Source of the DNA: Octopus vulgaris
Taxonomy: Eukaryota
Reading direction: 5' to 3'
DNA: 64,000 bases
Assembly (NCBI GenBank): GCA_951406725.2
Contig: OX597814.1
Span: forward strand, 158,224,001-158,288,000
Positions 12,720 through 24,704 of this stretch are shown here, piece by piece. The position numbers and the translations under genes were made by a program. The notes under the pieces are model-generated. The model did not search any database and had not been told where the DNA came from. It saw nothing but the letters and a program-made list of their open reading frames with translations. The stretch's first letter is position 1, and the number at the start of each line of letters is the position of its first letter.

Positions 12720-13765
12720 AATAATGTGCTTTGAATGTCACAACAATGCACTATAATAACAAAATGGACTATAATAACTGATGTAATTTAATCATCCATA
12801 GTCTGTTATAATATTTCGGAATATAAGAATTCTTTCTTCAGATATACATCCCTAGGGATTGATCGGGTCACTGCTACAATCGGTTTGCGAACGTTTTTTT
12901 TCTTCTTTTTTTTTCCGGAAGTATCTCACGAAGCTCCTTCCGCTATTCCTCGTGCGTGAGGACGGCCATGTCAACTAGCCCACTCCGGTCCCTCTCTGAG
13001 AAGACACTTTGCAAGGAAATGGGCAAGGGACAGCAATCAATGCACACTAGCAAACTGTCCCATCCGTGACACAGACTTATGCCAACGGGTAAATGTTATG
13101 TATAGAATGCAATGTAACAAATGCAATAAGTTCTATATGGGTAGCACAACAAGACCGTTACACATTCAGATCAAAGAACATTTGAACATGAGAGCCTTCT
13201 CTTTCAGAAAACATCTAGACAGATGTTGGAACACCGACAAAACCATAAGCTACAATTGAGGCTAATGAAAGAAATTTGGGTAACCTAAGAATTAAGGAAG
13301 CTATTCTCATAGACAGACTAGAGCCCCAAATCAACAACAGGCTGGGACTTGGTAGTCAATATATTTTTTAGGTACATCTGGATACATGTAGGTTCTTTTT
13401 TGATGACATGTTCATGTATTATTAAAAAATGAAAATTTTTAAGGGTAAAAAGGGGGGAAGGAAACGGCACATATAATACATAACTTAGAAGCGCTACGGA
13501 TGTGCCTCCACACACGAGCTTGAGACATGGCCGCCCTAACGCACTTCTCACGAGGAATTCCGGAAGGAATGAGGAGACACTTCCAGGGAGAAAAAAGTAC
13601 CGTTGGAAAACCGATTGTAGCAGTGACGCGATCACTCCCTAATGATTATTATAGTCCATTGTTATTATAGTGCATTGTTGTGCTATCAAAACACATTATT
13701 ATTATTTGTTATGTTTTACAAACAATATACAATGCTTCAAGCGAACTACAATACTCTCATATAAA
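12720..13765 (+). mobile_element. Penelope-like remnant with GIY-YIG fragment and inverted terminal arms
   Basis: 13089-13340 reads VNVMYRMQCNKCNKFYMGSTTRPLHIQIKEHL...NLRIKEAILIDRLEPQINNR. 12720-12975 is a diverged reverse complement of ~13515-13705. (TA)n on both sides. Confidence 0.8.
12807..12844 (-). ncRNA. Minimal type-I hammerhead motif
   Basis: UAU-CUGAAGA-A-AGAAU-UCUUAU-AUUCC-GAAA-UAUU-AUA. Confidence 0.55.
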
Positions 13766-13787
13766 TTTATATATATATATATGCATA

Positions 13788-13947
13788 TACGACGGGCTTC
13801 TTTCAGTTTTCCTTTCATCAAAACTACTCACAAAGCATTGGCTGGCCCGAGACAACAGCAGAAGACATTTGCCCAAGGCGTCAAGCAGTGGGGCTGAACA
13901 GGGAACCTTGTGGGTGGGGAGGAAGCTTCTTATCATATAGCCACGCC
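13788..13947 (-). mobile_element. SINE family A, 5' half (tRNA head + core)
   Basis: GACGGGCTTCTTTCAGTTT...GAAGACATTTGCCCAAGG...GCTGAAC. Confidence 0.85.
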
Positions 13948-14358
13948 AGATGCCAAACTTTATTTTGTTGTATCTCGGGAGGTTTATAATACCAATAATA
14001 AAGACACGCGCTGATTCGATTTTGCTTCATTATTATTTGTCTGTTGGTTAGCTAGGTAAACAACGAAATAATCGATTTTGTGATAAATCATTCGAATAAT
14101 CAATTAATGAATCAATAAAAACAATGGATAAGCAAATAAGTTATATAGCTAAAATATCAACGAATTATAGAGAAGTGAAATTGAAAGTGGGTGTGATTTT
14201 TATTAGCATAATGACATTCCCGAAATACAATACACTCTGCTTCAATACATAAATTCACATCAAGAGTATTGGAAATCAAATACAAAAACGAAATATATCA
14301 AATACTATTTAGCTGCGGATGTCAGCCCATTACAGCCTTCTGACATGTTGCTGCTTGT

Positions 14359-14391
<33 letters not shown>

Positions 14392-14714
14392 ATACGTTTC
14401 CAAAGAAACACTCATCTGATCACTTCATTTTTGAGAGAGAGAGAGAGAGGAGACATTATCTGTACAACACAAAATAAAGCACGTATCAGCATAAAGTATT
14501 GTTCAGAAGTAGACTTTTATCGGTTTTTTTCTCTCTCCATTGTTTATATCTTCCATTGATATTCACACAGACACACACACTTACGTAGACACACGCACAC
14601 ACAGACGAACACACGCACACACGCACGCACACACACACACTCATTCACTCGCTGTTCGGTTGTCATCGGAGGTCTGCCGCAAAATAATAAGTAAATTATC
14701 AATATGCATATTCG

Positions 14715-14972
14715 ATGGTGCGTGGCATGGTGGTTAGGGGGCATTGCAATCTTAAATGTAAGATCTTGGTTGCGATTCCTGGACCAGGCGGTGCGTTGTG
14801 TTCTAGAGTGAAACATTTCTTTTCACACAGCTCCGGTCATAGTATTATTCATTTTGGCCAGCTGGCCAAAATGAATAATTCAATGACGGACTGGCGTTCC
14901 GTCTAGCAGGGAATATTTACATCAGAGAATTCAGAAAGCCGACCTTAAGGATCTATGGCTGGGAATGAACCT
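14715..14972 (+). mobile_element. tRNA-derived SINE, family C (diverged)
   Basis: A-box TGGCATGGTGGTTAG and B-box-like GGTTGCGATTCCTGGACC; related to 57285-57600. Confidence 0.6.
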
Positions 14973-15022
14973 TTGATTTGCATTTTTACTTTGTTTGTTT
15001 GCTTGTTTGCGTGTGTGTGTGC

Positions 15023-15071
<49 letters not shown>

Positions 15072-15377
15072 ATTTATAGTTGATTCGAGATTGTGAGTGG
15101 GATCTTGAAATAACAACCCCGTCAGAAACATGGCAGCTTTCTAAACAAAAGTGTATATTCACTTCCGTCTCATTTTTCGACACTGCATACTATAAAAATA
15201 TCAAATCATTTCGTCCGAAAAGAAAAACAAAAAACAAATCTCATCTACGATCTGCTTCTTGTCCCAATCCTGATTCAAACCAGACATTAAGAATGACATT
15301 AAAAAATATTTATTGCTAAATGGTGTTTGCATATCCTTTCATTTGCTACGCAAAATCTATTATGATTTTCATATATC

Positions 15378-15533
15378 ATTCATTTACATTATTTACATTA
15401 TTTACATTATTTAGATTTGACGGATATTTGTCCTCATCTGCTGATATACTCTCCAGCCTCCATTAGGTGTCTTGAGGAAATTTCGAAGCTGGGTTCTCAT
15501 TCCTAAGGTATTTTTCGATGTTATTATTATTAT
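15378..15533 (-). mobile_element. Partial second copy of the HHR-bearing SINE-like element (HHR GAAA segment deleted)
   Basis: Reverse complement of ~15838-15985. Confidence 0.8.
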
Positions 15534-15534
15534 T

Positions 15535-15640
15535 GAGTGAGAGAGAAGTGCATGCCAAGACAAAATAATGTACATGATAACTCTTCCAATCAGTTAAGAT
15601 CAGAAACCATGAGAGCCACTGCCTGGTACTGCATCAGGTA
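15535..15640 (-). mobile_element. Internally deleted copy of the 7515-8053 element
   Basis: Only the two ends are retained, joined at ...GTGCATGCC|AAGACAA...; (ATT)n on both flanks. Confidence 0.7.
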
Positions 15641-15669
15641 ATTTATTATTATTATTATTATTATTATTA

Positions 15670-15708
15670 TACTAACCCCAAAACTCCGAGTTCGATTCCA
15701 GTCAGTGA

Positions 15709-15794
<86 letters not shown>

Positions 15795-16016
15795 GTAGTA
15801 GTAGTAATAGTAATAGTAATTATAATAATAATAATAATAATAACATCGTAAAATACCTTAGGAATGAGAACCCAAGTTTGAAATTTCCCCCAAGACACCT
15901 GATGAAGGCTGGAAAGTATATCAGCCGAAACGTTGGTTTAACAACAAAGATGAGGACAAATATCTGTCAAATGTAAATAATGTACGTAACTCATCATCTC
16001 TTAAATATAGAACTGT
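15670..16016 (+). mobile_element. SINE-like element: tRNA B-box, (AAT)n spacer, hammerhead-like tail
   Basis: GAGTTCGATTCC at 15688-15699; CUGAUGA-A-GGCUG-loop-CAGCC-GAAA-CGUU at 15899-15934. Confidence 0.7.
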
Positions 16017-16042
16017 ATTATCATTCATTTGTATATATATCA

Positions 16043-16090
<48 letters not shown>

Positions 16091-16859
16091 TGTGTCTGTG
16101 TCTGTGTGTGTGTACGCATATATTACATATTTGAGTATCTTACATAAACGTTGTTGAATATGCAGTTTATAAATAACTTCTTTAGAGACTATATTAAGGG
16201 AGGGTATTATACTTGGTGCTGCTAAGGAGTTATCTCCCTTACAATATTTATTGACTACTAATGAGAAATAAAGGAACTTCACTACAAGTCAAACATCGTT
16301 GCTTTTTTTTTTATCCTGTCACCATATGGAGTTCATAGATCATATTTCTAGAATAAACATATAGTATTATGCGACAATCATGAAATTACCGAATCTGAAT
16401 CCTTTACTTACGTACCCCAGTTTATGATAGTTTAGTTTATAGAATCTTGTATTTGAAATTAGCACCTTTTTCATCGACCACAACTGCTTAACCCCCATCC
16501 CCACCCCAATCTGACCTGTCATATCTGTCGACTTTTCTTTCTTCCTTAACGCATACCTTGTTGTCAGCTGGGCATGCTATATCTATGATCCAGCATCGTT
16601 TGCTTTCTTTCTCAATTAACACTATGCCTGGTTTCCCCTTCTCTATTCTATGGTCATAAAATATTCTCTATCTCCTGAATCATAAAATCCCACATCATTA
16701 TTTCTGATGAGGCCTTCGGGTTTATGGTCGCGTCACTTTTATACTCTGTCAAGTCCATACTTGTTGCAAAGTATCCAATAGACAATCCTTGCTATATTGT
16801 CATGACGTCTCTTATATTCTTTCTGGGCTAGTGGCGTACATTGACTGGTAATATGCCAT

Positions 16860-16862
16860 TAC

Positions 16863-16931
<69 letters not shown>

Positions 16932-16968
16932 GATTATTATAATTATTATTATTATTATGATTATTATG

Positions 16969-17036
<68 letters not shown>

Positions 17037-17050
17037 CATCATCATCATCA

Positions 17051-17132
<82 letters not shown>

Positions 17133-17147
17133 CATCAATTATTATTA
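16860..17147. repeat. (ATT)n/(ATC)n microsatellite
   Basis: Read directly. Confidence 0.97.
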
Positions 17148-17275
17148 AAGATAGGAAATGATCACAAGTAAATTTATTAAAGAAACCTTGGCGTAGGAAT
17201 TAAATGAAAAATCTATGCCTATCATTTACTAACATCTCGTTGTAAGAAACAAATTTGTTTCTACCAAATCTTTTT

Positions 17276-17666
17276 ATTTTTTTATTTGTTTCAGTCATCT
17301 GACTGCGACCAAGCCGCAGTGCCGCCTTTAGTCGAACAAATCCACCCTAGAACTTATTTTTTGTAAGCCTGTTACTTATTCTATCGGTTACCGCTAAGTT
17401 ATGGGGACGTAAACACACCAGCATCGGTTGTCAAGCGATGGTGGGGGACAAACACACACTCACACACACACACGCACACACATTCACACACACACACACA
17501 CACACATACGACGGGCTTCTTTCAGTTTCCGTCAACCAAATCAACTCACAAGGCTTTGGTCGGTTCGAGGCTATAGTAGAAGACACTTGCCCAAGGTACC
17601 ACGCAGTGGGACTGAACCCGGAATCATGTGGTTGGTACACAAGCTACTTACCACACAACCACTCCT
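17276..17666 (-). mobile_element. SINE family A, near full length
   Basis: Colinear with 43118-43506; internal (CA)n. Confidence 0.9.
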
Positions 17667-18319
17667 GCACCTATACTTAAATTTGATCTAATGGTCTTTA
17701 ACACAGGAAAAGTATTAGAACATTATAATGGCTTCTGACTCTCACTCATGTACCTAGTTATTAAGCTTGAAGTTTTCAAATATATCAATTGTTATTTTGT
17801 TCTAAGAGCCGGCAAGCTAAATAGCTCCGTCCCTAACAAATCAGCATGTAGAAGGGTGAACCGACGAAGGAGACGAAATTACAATGTGACAAGTAGTTGA
17901 GTAACCTACTACAATTTATTATTTCTCTTAGATACGCTGTTGCTTTGCCTGAAATAATAGTCAATACCTATTCGGAAACACTAAATAATAATGAATCGAA
18001 CAAACAAACCAGACATCATTCTGTTACTTGTGGAAAAGACTCCCCCTTATTTCTTCATTATTTTCGGCTTTATGTTACCAATTTTATTTATTTAATTAAA
18101 AAGTAATAAATGACTGAATTGATTGGGCACCAGAAAGAAAACCTTATATAATTAAACCATATTAGATTCAGCGTCCAAGGCATTTCCTTCCAACATCCTA
18201 AGGATGATGATATAAATTTAAGCCTAAAAAAGTAAAAAAAAAAAGTAAAATTTTTAGGGGATCTAACTCCTTATTTAACACTACACTTAATAACTTCCCT
18301 TTACTTTGATTTTGTAGAG

Positions 18320-18517
18320 CAGTGGTTCCCAAACTACGAGTCGCGACCCAGAGATGGGTCGCGAACAGAATCTTAGTGGGTCGCAAAAAGTTATAAAATT
18401 ACGCATTAGCTTTGATTAACTGATGTCTATCGAGATAGTTCAAGACTTATAAGTGGGTCGTCATAAACTGGTGTGATAAATAATGAGTCACGACTCTAAA
18501 AAGTTTGTGAACAACTG
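18320..18517. mobile_element. hAT (Charlie/Buster-like) MITE
   Basis: TIRs CAGTGGTTCCCAAACT / AGTTTGTGAACAACTG; 8-bp TSD TTGTAGAG / TCGTAGAG with central TA. Confidence 0.85.
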
Positions 18518-18565
18518 TCGTAGAGTATCAGCGATTTACTGAAATTAGCGATGTCCTATACCAAA

Positions 18566-18596
<31 letters not shown>

Positions 18597-18865
18597 ATAT
18601 AAAGGCTCACTTTTCTTTCCTGTCACAAGTTGATGATGCCGGATAGCAGTTGCTAAAATCGAAAGCATTCTTGTTGTGAGTCTCCCTAATTTTGTTTGAA
18701 GTCGTACTATATCTAGGACTACATTATACATTGCGTTCCTTTTTAAAGGCAAAGGTATGTGACTTGAATAAAATATGGGTGCGGCATACATACATACATA
18801 TATACATACATACATACATACATAGTGCAACTAGTGCAACGCTCTAACTACAGTCATGCGCCTTC

Positions 18866-18933
<68 letters not shown>

Positions 18934-18943
18934 ATATGTAAAA

Positions 18944-19765
18944 CAGGTCTGATCTATAAGTATCCGGTATGTTACCATAGTGACGAAGCTAAAGCACGCA
19001 AAGTGAAGCCGCTGGACATATATTGACCTTGAACTCTCCTGTGCATGCGCATTAAATTTCAACGTTCAAGCTCCCTGCCACTGTTTACAGCAGTGCTTGG
19101 AAGGAAAATGTGTAGCGTGTGATCGTCGCATTGACCATAACAGAGAAAGTTGTTGTAGTGATATTTGCTCCGAAGCCTACACAAAGTTGCAGGAAGTGTA
19201 TGGAGTGGCACACAAGTGTATGAACCGCACACAAGTATACGAGTGTTTCGGACGTTTCCAAGACGGACGAAAAAATGTCAATATTGACGAAGTTTCTTAG
19301 AGACACGCAACCAGCAGAACTGAGAAAAACATTGTACATGCGCGTGCAGCTGTGATGGGAAATCATCGAATCACCATCCGTGAGTTATCAGAGGATGTGC
19401 CAAAAAGGCACCGGATTTCATTTTCATGAAATATATTTGATTGTGTGGTGAATGAAAAAATTTTTTGAAGCCTTTGCGTAGGCTTCTGGGCAGGTACCGC
19501 CATGCTTTTGGCAAAATTTCATGCAGATTCTCTGCTAAACGTTCTCTGTCATGGTCAATGCGACGATCACACGCTACACACCTTCCTTTCGAGAAAAAAT
19601 TCGTCATGAATTGTCGGACTGTAATCAGCGGAAGTGAGCTAGAACGTCAAAACTTGGTGCACACGCACAACAGACTTCAAGGTCAGCCTATGCCTAGCAG
19701 CTTTACTCTTTATGCTCTAGCTTCGTTAATTTGGTAATGGTCCGTATACTTATTGATCACTGCGC
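18944..19765. mobile_element. Two related mariner-derived pieces in inverted orientation
   Basis: Outer inverted ends TGATCTATAAGTATCCGG / CCGTATACTTATTGATCA. The left part encodes a transposase N-terminal HTH (EAYTKLQEVYG...MNRTQVYECFGRFQDGR...ITIRELSED). 19100-19148 is inverted at ~19542-19590. Confidence 0.8.
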
Positions 19766-20519
19766 AGATATATATTTAAATATGTATATATGTGTGTGCG
19801 AATGTTCCCTGACACAGTATATGAGAGTGTATTAATATTTATCGGTATATGCGGATGTGCGTGTGAGTGTGTGTGTTAGTGTATAGACCCTGCTGCCTGT
19901 ACTGATTTGTCTATAAGCCATGCGATGACAGACATACACTCTGCAATTTAGTGAATGTGTAAGGATGTGTCGGAGTGTATTCAGGTGTGTGTGCATGTGT
20001 GAGTTTTTGTGTGGACGTGTGGGTTTAGGGTTGGATGTGGATGTGTATGTTTTTCTTGTGCAGTGTGGTGGAGGTCGGGCGGCTCTCAGCGGACCAACCG
20101 TGAGGAAGACAATGATAATTTAAATTCAAATCCAATAGTGTATTTATGTCATAAGGAAAATTACTAACTGGAACCCGGACATGCATATATGCCACTTTGG
20201 ATCCTAATGTAAGCGTTATTAATAATATTATGAATGATAATAATGGTAGCATTAATGGTATTGACAACGATAATGATGCTAACTTTAATGACACTTTGGA
20301 AATTAGTAGGAAGTAATATAATGTACTATTGACTATGTATATTTGCATCTAGGTACTAATATGTGTATGTTTATTATCACAATATTAAGTTGAAAAACTG
20401 AAACATTGAATGTGGAACATATATATGTTTACTAATTTATATTATTTATTTACATCATTATGTATATGTATATTTTTATATGTATAGGAGTGTGAGTATA
20501 TGCACTCATATGTATATGT

Positions 20520-20650
20520 ATATCTCCGAAGAGGCCTTATGATATTTTTGTAAATGTCTCATTTATATCTATATATTGACCTACCATAAAAGGCTAATAT
20601 TGGTAAAATGAGAGATACTTATCTACATGGCCGAAACAGCTGTAAGATAT
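20520..20650 (+). ncRNA. Type-I hammerhead with ~100-nt helix II, in a PLE-like tail ending at (TA)n 20915
   Basis: AUAUCU-CCGAAGA-GGCC-[92 nt]-GGCC-GAAA-CAGCUG-UA^-AGAUAU. 6-bp helix I and palindromic helix III; core has U4>C. Confidence 0.7.
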
Positions 20651-20910
20651 AATATTTACTTATATTTATATTTACTTATATTTATATTTACTTATATTTG
20701 TATTCTCTTTTTTATATATATTCTACTTACTATACAACATTACTCTTTTATGTACACTTTTTTATGTACATTCCTTTATGTACACTGATTTGTTCTGCTT
20801 TTTTATGTTTAACCCTACAGTCTCTTAGGTGGTGGTTTAATAAAGTATGTGATTGAGTATTATCTGGTAATTGATATTTGATTTAGATGTATTTCTCCAT
20901 TTTCTTATCT

Positions 20911-20948
<38 letters not shown>

Positions 20949-20987
20949 AAAAAAGGTTTGAAAATGCAATTTAAACGATGTTTATTT

Positions 20988-21028
20988 ACTTAACCGGTTT
21001 CACTCTTTGGTAAAAGATTGTCAAAAGT
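20988..21028 (-). ncRNA. Variant minimal hammerhead-like motif, left palindrome arm
   Basis: ACUU-UUGACAA-UCUUU-UACC-AAAGA-GU-GAAA-CCGG-UU^-AAGU. Core UUGACAA retains 3:8 pairing (U-A in place of C-G). Confidence 0.55.
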
Positions 21029-21041
21029 TACATTTAAGGAA

Positions 21042-21265
21042 ACATTGAATAATATGGGTTCAAAAAAAGTTTTTTACATAATTGTCACATTGAATATTAT
21101 GCATTCAAAAAAGTTTTTTACATAATTGTCACATTGGATATTATGGGTTCAAAAAAAGTTTTTTACATAATTGTCACATTGAATATTATGCATTCAAAAA
21201 GTTTTTTACATAATTGTCACATTGGATATTATGAATTCAAAAATGTTTTTTTATACATAATTGTC
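21042..21265. repeat. ~44-bp minisatellite x5 (alternating variants), mirrored at ~24289-24513
   Basis: ACATTG(A/G)ATATTATG(CA/GG)TTCAAAAAAGTTTTTTACATAATTGTC. Confidence 0.9.
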
Positions 21266-21837
21266 ACATTATTTGGGAAAATTTGGCAGAAAAGGATAAA
21301 ACAAATATATTATTGGGAATTGGTTGCGTTAATTATTGGTTGTCGCAAATTGTCACATTACATGTATATATATACAATCTTTGGTATATATATACAGCGT
21401 TTTGACAGCAAAAATTAAAATGGATTTTTTGTACATCTCAGAATATTTTAAGTATGTTTTTACTGACCTGTCAGTATTAGCAGAAAGGCTGAACTGAGAG
21501 AACAGAAGAAGTAGCCAATGTGGTGTATACTTCCCCTTTATGCATGAATGATTTTGGGGTTATCAGGAGGTTAGTATGCGGGTGTGAATAGATGTGTCCG
21601 TGCCTGCTGGTCAGACAGCGTCTGTTTGTCACACACATATATATACACACAAACACACACACACACAACAACACACACACACACACACACACACACATAG
21701 CATACAAACACACACCACATACAAACAACACACACACACACAGAACACACACACCCACACACAACGCACCCACATATATCACATATACACACAGCACACA
21801 AATATAACATGTATCTATATATAACATACACAGATAT

Positions 21838-21890
<53 letters not shown>

Positions 21891-22607
21891 CACACGCACA
21901 CATACATACATAATATAAATATCACACAAATACACCTAGCATATATATACACACATACAATACACACATACAGCATGTAAGTAATATACATACACAATAT
22001 ATGCATGCAATATACATACGCAATACATACATATAATATATATATATATAGACAATGCATATACATATATACACATATACATATAAATAGTGTATACATA
22101 CACATACATAGATGTACCACATATACACACAACACACATACATACAATGCATACACATACACGTACGCATACATATAATATATATATACACACACACATA
22201 ACATACATACACACACAATGCATACATATATATACACGCAATGCATATACATGTATTCATGCACATATAGCACACCTACAATATACATATATACAGTGCA
22301 CACATACACACAAATATATACACTTAATTGTACACGTACATATACAATACACATACATACAATATACATATACACAATGCGCATGCAAATAATGTACATG
22401 TTTATACACACATAAACATGCAAATAAATATACACATACACACACATACACACACACACATATATATACACACATATATATATATATATACACACATACA
22501 TACATACATACATGCACATACATATATTTTTTCACACACATACACACACATACGTGGCATGCACACGCATGCATTATATATATGTAGGTGATGTATGTGT
22601 GTGAGTG

Positions 22608-22639
<32 letters not shown>

Positions 22640-22810
22640 ACTGTGTGCGTGTGTGTGTATATGTGTGTGTGCGCGCGTTGTATGTGTGTGTGTGTGCACG
22701 TGTGTATATATGTGTGTGTATGTGTGCACTGTGTGCGGGTGTGTGTGTATGTGTGTGTGTGTGTGTGTGTGAGCATTGTGTACGTGTGTATGTATTTACA
22801 TATGTATCTG

Positions 22811-22852
<42 letters not shown>

Positions 22853-23043
22853 TGTGTGTGTATATGCATGGTATGTGTGTATATGTTAGTACTTTGTTTG
22901 TGTGTATGTGCGGCATGTAGAGATATATTTGAGTGTGTACGCTATAGGTTTGTAATTTGTGTGTGTGGGTGGTGGTGAATTTTTTATATATATATATGTG
23001 TGTGTATGTGTGTGAAAAAATATATGTATGTGCATGTATGTAT

Positions 23044-23083
<40 letters not shown>

Positions 23084-23652
23084 ATATATATGTGTGTGTG
23101 TGTATGTGTGTGTGTGTGTATATTTATTTGCATGTTTACGTGTGTATAAACATGTACATTATTTGCATGCGCATTGTGTATATGTATATTGTATGTATGT
23201 GTATTGTATATGTACGTGTACAATTAAGTGTATATATTTGTGTGTATGTGTGCACTGTATATATGTATATTGTAGGTGTGCTATATGTGCATGAATACAT
23301 GTATATGCATTGCGTGTATATATATGTATGCATTGTGTGTGTATGTATGTTATGTGTGTGTGTGTGTATATATATATTATATGTATGCGTACGTGTATGT
23401 GTATGCATTGTATGTATGTGTGTTGTGTGTATATGTGGTACATCTATGTATGTGTATGTATACACTATTTATATGTATATGTGTATATATGTATATGCAT
23501 TGTCTATATATATATATATTATATGTATGTATTGCGTATGTATATTGCATGCATATATTGTGTATGTATATTACTTACATGCTGTATGTGTGTATTGTAT
23601 GTGTGTATATATATGCTAGGTGTATTTGTGTGATATTTATATTATGTATGTA

Positions 23653-23702
<50 letters not shown>

Positions 23703-24526
23703 GTGTGTGTATGTGTGTTATATATCTGTGTATGTTATATATAGATACATGTTATATTTGTGTGCTGTGTGTATATGTGATATATGTGGGTGCGTTGTGT
23801 GTGGGTGTGTGTGTTCTGTGTGTGTGTGTGTGTTGTTTGTATGTGGTGTGTGTTTGTATGCTATGTGTGTGTGTGTTGTGTGTTGTTGTGTGTGTGTGTG
23901 TTTGTGTGTATATATATGTGTGTGACAAACAGACGCTGTCTGACCAGCAGGCACGGACACATCTATTCACACCCGCATACTAACCTCCTGATAACCCCAA
24001 AATCATTCATGCATAAAGGGGAAGTATACACCACATTGGCTACTTCTTCTGTTCTCTCAGTTCAGCCTTTCTGCTAATACTGACAGGTCAGTAAAAACAT
24101 ACTTAAAATATTCTGAGATGTACAAAAAATCCATTTTAATTTTTGCTGTCAAAACGCTGTATATATATACCAAAGATTGTATATATATACATGTAATGTG
24201 ACAATTTGCGACAACCAATAATTAACGCAACCAATTCCCAATAATATATTTGTTTTATCCTTTTCTGCCAAATTTTCCCAAATAATGTGACAATTATGTA
24301 TAAAAAAACATTTTTGAATTCATAATATCCAATGTGACAATTATGTAAAAAACTTTTTTGAATGCATAATATTCAATGTGACAATTATGTAAAAAACTTT
24401 TTTTGAACCCATAATATCCAATGTGACAATTATGTAAAAAACTTTTTTGAATGCATAATATTCAATGTGACAATTATGTAAAAAACTTTTTTTGAACCCA
24501 TATTATTCAATGTTTCCTTAAATGTA

Positions 24527-24567
24527 ACTTTTGACAATCTTTTACCAAAGAGTGAAACCGGTTAAGT
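24527..24567 (+). ncRNA. Variant minimal hammerhead-like motif, right palindrome arm
   Basis: Identical to 20988-21028 on the opposite strand. Confidence 0.55.
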
Positions 24568-24648
24568 AAATAAACATCGTTTAAATTGCATTTTCAAACC
24601 ATTTTTCTTATATAATCCCACTCGTGCGATACCCCACAACTCAACTTT

Positions 24649-24700
<52 letters not shown>

Positions 24701-24704
<4 letters not shown>

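Larger units (their letters stand above)
20947..24612. repeat. 3.7-kb palindrome: ~1.6-kb inverted arms (20947-~22552 / ~22995-24612) around a ~440-bp spacer
   Basis: Arms match nearly base for base, including unique sequence and a 44-bp minisatellite; they differ in microsatellite lengths and a few substitutions. Confidence 0.95.

Noticed and set aside
16704-16735. CUGAUGA-GGCC...GGUC-GCGUC
   Set aside because: The GAAA box is missing; possibly a deleted HHR but not supportable as a feature.
21042-21265. CRISPR-like periodic 44-bp repeats
   Set aside because: Contiguous minisatellite with no unique spacers, no cas genes, and a eukaryotic context.
21477-24077. Many 100-235 aa ORFs rich in C/V/Y/I/H/T (also at 2121-3172, 40064-41076, 57001-57330 etc.)
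   Set aside because: Translations of (CA)n, (TA)n and (TATC)n microsatellites on both strands; no coding signal.
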